Part shown: one piece after another, positions 58,302 to 64,000 of the stretch
How the letters are laid out: each line of letters opens with the position of its first letter
Position numbering within the stretch: position 1 is the first letter of the stretch
The notes under the pieces: model-generated
What the model was told of the DNA's origin: nothing
Database searches by the model: none
What the model saw: only the letters and a program-made list of their open reading frames with translations
Position numbers and translations under genes: made by a program
Source of the DNA: the human T2T-CHM13v2.0 reference genome, Homo sapiens
Reading direction: 5' to 3' (one strand)
Length of the DNA stretch: 64,000 bases
NCBI RefSeq assembly: GCF_009914755.1
Contig: NC_060932.1

Positions 58302-59259
58302 TCAAAAAATTTAAAAATTTTCTTAAAAATTTAAAAAAGTTAGCTGATTGTGGTGGCATATGCCTTTAGTCCCACCTACTTGGGGGATTGAAGCAGGAGG
58401 ATCACTTGACCTTGGGAAGTTGAGGCTGCAGTGAGCCTTGATCATGCATGCCACTGCACTCCAGCCTGGACGACAGAGACCCTGTCTCAACAAAAAAGAC
58501 ACCCTCATTGATGTCTTCCCTAAATATGCCCTCCATAGTCCTCCCCACCCAGTCCCTATACTGCTTTCTTCATAGTACTTAACTATAATCTGTAATTATT
58601 TTGTTTATTTAATGCTACTTATCTGATTGAAATACAAGATCCCTGAGAACAGGAACTTGAACTGTCTTCACTGGTATGTCTCCAGGGCCTAAAACAGAGC
58701 TTGGTATATAGTTGGTATACAGCTAATATCTGCTAAACCAAAAAAGGTTGAATAAGCAAATTTGAATGCATTTCAAATATAGGATCAGAACTTGGGGGAA
58801 TTTGGACAAATGTTATGCTTTTCAAATATTCCCTCATAATTAAACAAACATAATGAATTTCATAGAAACAGTGATTTATGTGAGGTTTTTGATTCATTAG
58901 CATCTATCTGGAGTCCTATTAACTTGTTTTGTAAGTCAGAGACATTCAGTATGTTTGAATCACTAGGCTGCTTGCTCTGCTGTGATTGCTGTTTATGAAG
59001 TGATGCTGCTTATGCCATAATGTATGTGCTCTTCATCTTATAATCTTGTTGAATCACTAAGCTGACACGCATTGGTCTCTTAGTCAACATTTATTAGTCA
59101 AGTGCTTACCTTGTCATTACTAAGAAATACGTGGTGGCTCATGCCTGGAATCCCAGCACTTTGGGAGGCTGAGGCAGGAGGATCGCTAGAGTCCGGGAGT
59201 TGGAGACCAGTCTGGGCAACAGAGTGAGACCTTGTCTTTACAAAAAATAGACAAAATTA

Positions 59260-59508
<249 letters not shown>

Positions 59509-59752
59509 TTAGGAGACCTAAGTTGCCTAGGCTCGTCTCAAACTCCTGGCCTCAAGTGATCCTTCTATCTCAGCCTCTCAAAATTCTGGGATTACAGGTA
59601 TGAGCCACTGTGCCCATTCTGCAAAGTTTCTATTGTCAATTTATTTGATCTTCCCAGGCCCCCTACTGTGTAAAGCATTTTATGGCCATTTTACTGGTGC
59701 GGTTACTGGAACTTAGGAGGGATTAAATTTTGGTGGTAAAACTCTTCTCTAA

Positions 59753-59899
<147 letters not shown>

Positions 59900-60199
59900 T
59901 GAGACTACAGGCACTTTTGTATTTTTAGTAGAGATGGGGTTTCACCATGTTGGCCAGGCTGGTCTTGAACTCCTAGCCTCCAGTAATCCACCTGCCTCGG
60001 CATCCCAAAATGCTGCGATTACAGGCATGAGCCACCGTGCCCAGCCAAAAACTTTATATAGTCTTTTAAGGAAACAATACATATGCAAAACCAAAGACAT
60101 TGTTGCAGAATAATATAAACACGTGGACATTAATTACCGAAATGTATACTGATGCCAAGGAGATTGTGAATTGTTTATAGCCAAACGAGATCTAGTATA

Positions 60200-60960
60200 A
60201 AGTGTGGGAAGAGGTGAGTGTTTAACAGGGTTTGGAAGAAAAGGAAGAAACCAGAGTTGAGGGGTGGGAAACAAGAGGGGTCAGAGCTTTCCAGACAGAG
60301 GAAATGGACTATAGAAAGATATGTGTGTAGGCACAACGGCATTGGAGAATGGGACCAGCAAATTAGCTTGACAAAAACAGAGGGGTCCCATCAAGAAATA
60401 ATAAAAGATGAAGATTAAGAGTACCCCTATTGGTGAAAACGTTTGGATAGCAAAAGGAGCTTGGGTTTTATTTGACAGACATTGGGGAGCCCATAAACGT
60501 CTATGCAAATACAAATTAGAGGCGAAAACAAAGTTTGATGGCTCTTGTGGGAGCTCTGTGTGGAATGAACTGCAGCAGGAGAAATTGACAGAAGACTGCT
60601 GCAGTAATCCTGGCATAAGGTAACATGGCCATAGCTGATGGTGGTGACTGAGGAAATTGGAGCAAAGTGGACCCAGCATGAAAGGCTCGTCAGGACTGAC
60701 TGATGGATTTAGAGTAAAAGAGAAGGAGAGGAAAGAGTGAAAAAATGACTGGAAGGTGACCAGCCTGTTGTATTGGGCTGATTATGGTGCAATAAACACA
60801 TTATTTATGACAGGAAGCCTTTTGGCTGAGGCCAAGAATAGAGAGATGGGGATGAGGAAGTGATGAGCTAAGTTTTTGAAATGCAAAGTTGAAGATGAGG
60901 CAAGGATGTTCAATTGCAGGTCTGTAGGCAACTGGAGAAACAAGTCTGGAGAGAAGGTAA
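60200..60960 (-). mobile_element. L2 fragment
   Basis: L2-like motifs (GACTGCTGCAGTAATCC, AAGTTGAAGATG, CTGGAGAGAAG). Confidence 0.5.
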
Positions 60961-61847
60961 GAAGTCAGAGTTTGTATTGTGTCATTCTGATTAGCCTCTG
61001 GCTCGCCTTCCCAACTCTGCACACTTGCCGCCTATTCACCCAACTCAAATGCACTTTTCTTGGACATTTACTATTAGGAAGAATTTACATTTATAGATTT
61101 GGATATTTCCTGGTGAACTTTCTCTATGGTAGCATTAAAAAGAAAGATAAAAATAAAAGACTTTAAAAACTCATTAGAACTTTTCACGCTGAAATGATTA
61201 TTTAGAAGTTACTTAGGGGCCAGGTACGGTGGTTCATGCCTGTAATCCTAATATTTTAGGAGGCCGAGGTGGGCAGATACCTTGAGGTCAGGAGTTCGAG
61301 ACCAGCCTGGCCAATGTGGTGAAACCCCATCTCTACTAAAAATACAAAAGTTTAGCTGGGCATGGTAGCGTAATCCCAGCTACTCGGGAGGCTGAGGCAG
61401 GAGAATCGCTCTGAACCTGGGAGGAGGAGGTTGCAGTGAGCCAAGACTGTGCCACTGCACTCCAGCCTGGGCGACAGAGCAAGACTCCATCAAAAAAAAA
61501 AAAAAAAGTTACTTGGGGCTGGGCACAGTGGCTCATGCCTGTAATCCCAGCACTTTAAGAGGCCCAGGCAGGTGGATCACTTGAGCTCAGAGTTTGAGAC
61601 CAGCCTGGGCAACATGGAGAAACCCTGTTTCTGCCAAAAAGAAAAAGAAAAAAAAAAGCAGGTGTGGTGGCGAGTGCCTTCTGTCCCAACTACTCAGGAG
61701 GCTGAGGTGGGAGAATCACTTGAGCCTGGGAGGTGGAAGTTGCAGTGATCCGAGGTCCACTCCAGCCTGGGTGACAGAGTGAGACCCTGTCTCAAAAAAA
61801 AAAAAAAAAAGTTAAAAAGTTACGTTGTTTTTTTTTAATTATTTTTT

Positions 61848-61969
61848 AAGGATGGTCAGATGCCACGAAGTAGGTGGCAATGCCTTAACTGTATGTGTGT
61901 TGTCAGGCTTGAGGGCCTCTTTCATCCTTGTCAAGAGTTGTGCCAATTTTCTCTCCTTTCATACAACAT
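61848..61969 (-). pseudogene. U6atac snRNA retropseudogene, near full length, with A-rich tail
   Basis: reverse strand ATGTTGTATGAAAGGAGAGAAAATTGGCACAACTCTTGACAAGGATGAAAGAGGCCCTC...TTAAGGCATTGCCACCTACTTCGTGGCATCTGACCATCC matches U6atac; followed by an A-rich tail (61828-61847). Confidence 0.92.
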
Positions 61970-62270
61970 TACTTGGGTTTTTAAAAATTAATATTCACTA
62001 CTTTCACATTTAAAATCTCAAGCTTTTACATTAAACATTTCCATTTTATTATGCTATTTATAAATCTAACAAACAATGTCTGAGCCACTTGGTTAATCAT
62101 TTTAAACATTTTACATTGCATTTATTAATTTAAAAATTTGATTATTTTTTCAAATACATCAATTTTCTGATTAACACACTTTTCCAAATTCTTAAGGAAT
62201 TCTCATTAAACAAATACATTAAACTAATACATACAGTAAGTTGTAATTTATCTTAAAAGTTCTAAAATAG

Positions 62271-62589
62271 GGCCGGGTGCGGTGGCTCAAGCCTGTAATC
62301 CCAGCACTTTGGGAGGCCGAGGCGGGCGGATCACAAGGTCAGGAGATCGAGACCATCCTGGCTAACATGGTGAAACCCGGTCTTTACTAAAAATACAAAA
62401 AATTAGCCGGGCATGTTGGTGGGCGCCTGTAGTCCCAGCCATTCAGGAGGCTGAGGCAGTAGAATGGCGTGAACCCAGGAGGCGGAGCTTGCAGTGAGCC
62501 GAGATCGCGCCACTGCACTCCAGTGTGGGCAACAGAGTGAGACTCCGTCTCTAAAATAAAATAAAATAATACAATAAAATAAAAAATAA
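62271..62589 (+). mobile_element. AluY element
   Basis: AluY diagnostics (GAGATCGAGACCATCCTGGCTAAC, GAATGGCGTGAACCC, GCGGAGCTTGCAG); 16-bp TSD AAAAGTT(C/T)(T/C)AAAATAG with one mismatch. Confidence 0.92.
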
Positions 62590-64000
62590 AAAAGTTCCAA
62601 AATAGTATATAAACTTTTAAAAGATTTTAAAATTATAATAAAAAATCTACATCAGCAAGTTATATACTTTAAACCAGCATTGCAAAGTTAATTTTAATTT
62701 TTTTTTAAAGATGGGGTCTTGCTATGTTTCCCAGGTTGGTCTCAAACTCCTGGGCTCAAGCAATCCCCCTGCCTCAGCCTCCCAAGTAGTAGGGACTACA
62801 GGTGTGTACCATCATGCCTGTGCAAGGTTAATTTTTAGACACTTTAGTAAACATTAAAAGTATGTCTAGGCAGGAAAAGACACTTCTCAAAAGAAGACAT
62901 TAACGCAGCCAACAAACATATGAAAAAAAGCTCAACATCATTGAGCATTAGAGAAATGCAAATTAGGCCGGGTATGGTGGCTCACACCTGTAATCCTAGC
63001 ACTTCTGGAGGCCAAGGCAGGTGTATCACTTGAGGTCAGGAGTTCGAAACCAGCCTGGCTAACCTGGTGAAACCCCATCTCTACTAAAAATACAAAAAAT
63101 TAGCTGGATGTGGTAGCGCGCGCCTGTAATCCCAGCTACTCAGGAATCTGAGGCAGGAGAATTGCCTGAACCCAGGAGGCGGAGGTTGCAGTGAGCCAAG
63201 ATAGCGCCTTTGCACTCCAGCCTGGGCAACAGAGTGAGACTCCATCTCAAAACAAAAAAGAAAAACAAAAAACACCATGAGGTTTGATTGCCTTCGTTAT
63301 ATCTCTATGTAATTCTAAATCTTCCCAGGATTAAGAGATGCATATCCACTAAAAAAAAAATTATGTCATCCCAAGCAAATCTAGGAATACCTTCCCAAGG
63401 AATGATTTGGTTTACCTTCTTGGCTGGAGGTTTCTATATGGTCAGAGTTCCTTGGCCTCTGTGTCTCTGATTCTAGCTTCCTCTCTACTGGGCATCCCAA
63501 GGGAAGGGGGCTCAGCTTTCTCTACTCGAGTGGAATTGGCCAGACTCCAGTTCTGCACCTTCTTTCTCACCACCCCCTTAGAGACTGTTCCTTCCCTCAG
63601 GATTCCAGTATGCTCAGGAAGCCTCTGGAGGCCCTGACCTCCTGCCTAAGGACCTGTTCTAGGTCAAGTGTAGTTGATGACCCATTACAACCTGAACCTC
63701 TTCCACCCTTCATCACCTGTAGTGGGGAGAAAAAGTATATTGTTAAGATTAAAATCTGCCAACAGAACTCCTCTTAGGAGAAAGAACTGTCTTTACCTGA
63801 AGAACTAGATTTAGCAAAGCACTCTCACAGGCCATTTTGGTTGTCCAAAGGCAGTCCTGACGGGATGGCAGGAATAAGTTAGGAGTAAAATAGTGGACGC
63901 AATAAATTTTCAATTCCAGAGGACAGTCTGAGAGGAAAAAGGAGAAAAATTAGAGTGAATGGGGAGGGAGAGAAGTCAAGCTCTGAGGATAAGGTAGGTG

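Overview
Primate (almost certainly human) Alu-dense genomic DNA containing the complete PABPC1 gene (cytoplasmic poly(A)-binding protein 1) on the minus strand. I traced all 14 coding exons by GT-AG boundaries (43640 to 26359, 1911 nt = 636 aa + stop). Also visible are the 3'-UTR exon, the poly(A) signal, a CpG-island/TATA/5'TOP promoter, the A-rich autoregulatory sequence and the MIR7705 hairpin. Other features are U6 and U6atac retropseudogenes, a sense-oriented solo LTR13 in intron 9, nested DNA-transposon fossils, and many Alu, L1, L2 and MIR fragments. The most unexplained structure lies 3-4.5 kb upstream of the PABPC1 start: a non-Alu ~250-bp inverted repeat (47257-47504 / 48362-48616, ~89% identity by hand alignment). 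Its 857-nt spacer is bracketed by plus-strand splice sites, and the outer edge of arm 2 carries a triple nuclear-receptor half-site. This suggests, but does not prove, a spliced long-hairpin RNA transcribed divergently from the PABPC1 promoter. Repeat family names are from recall of consensus sequences, not from a search.
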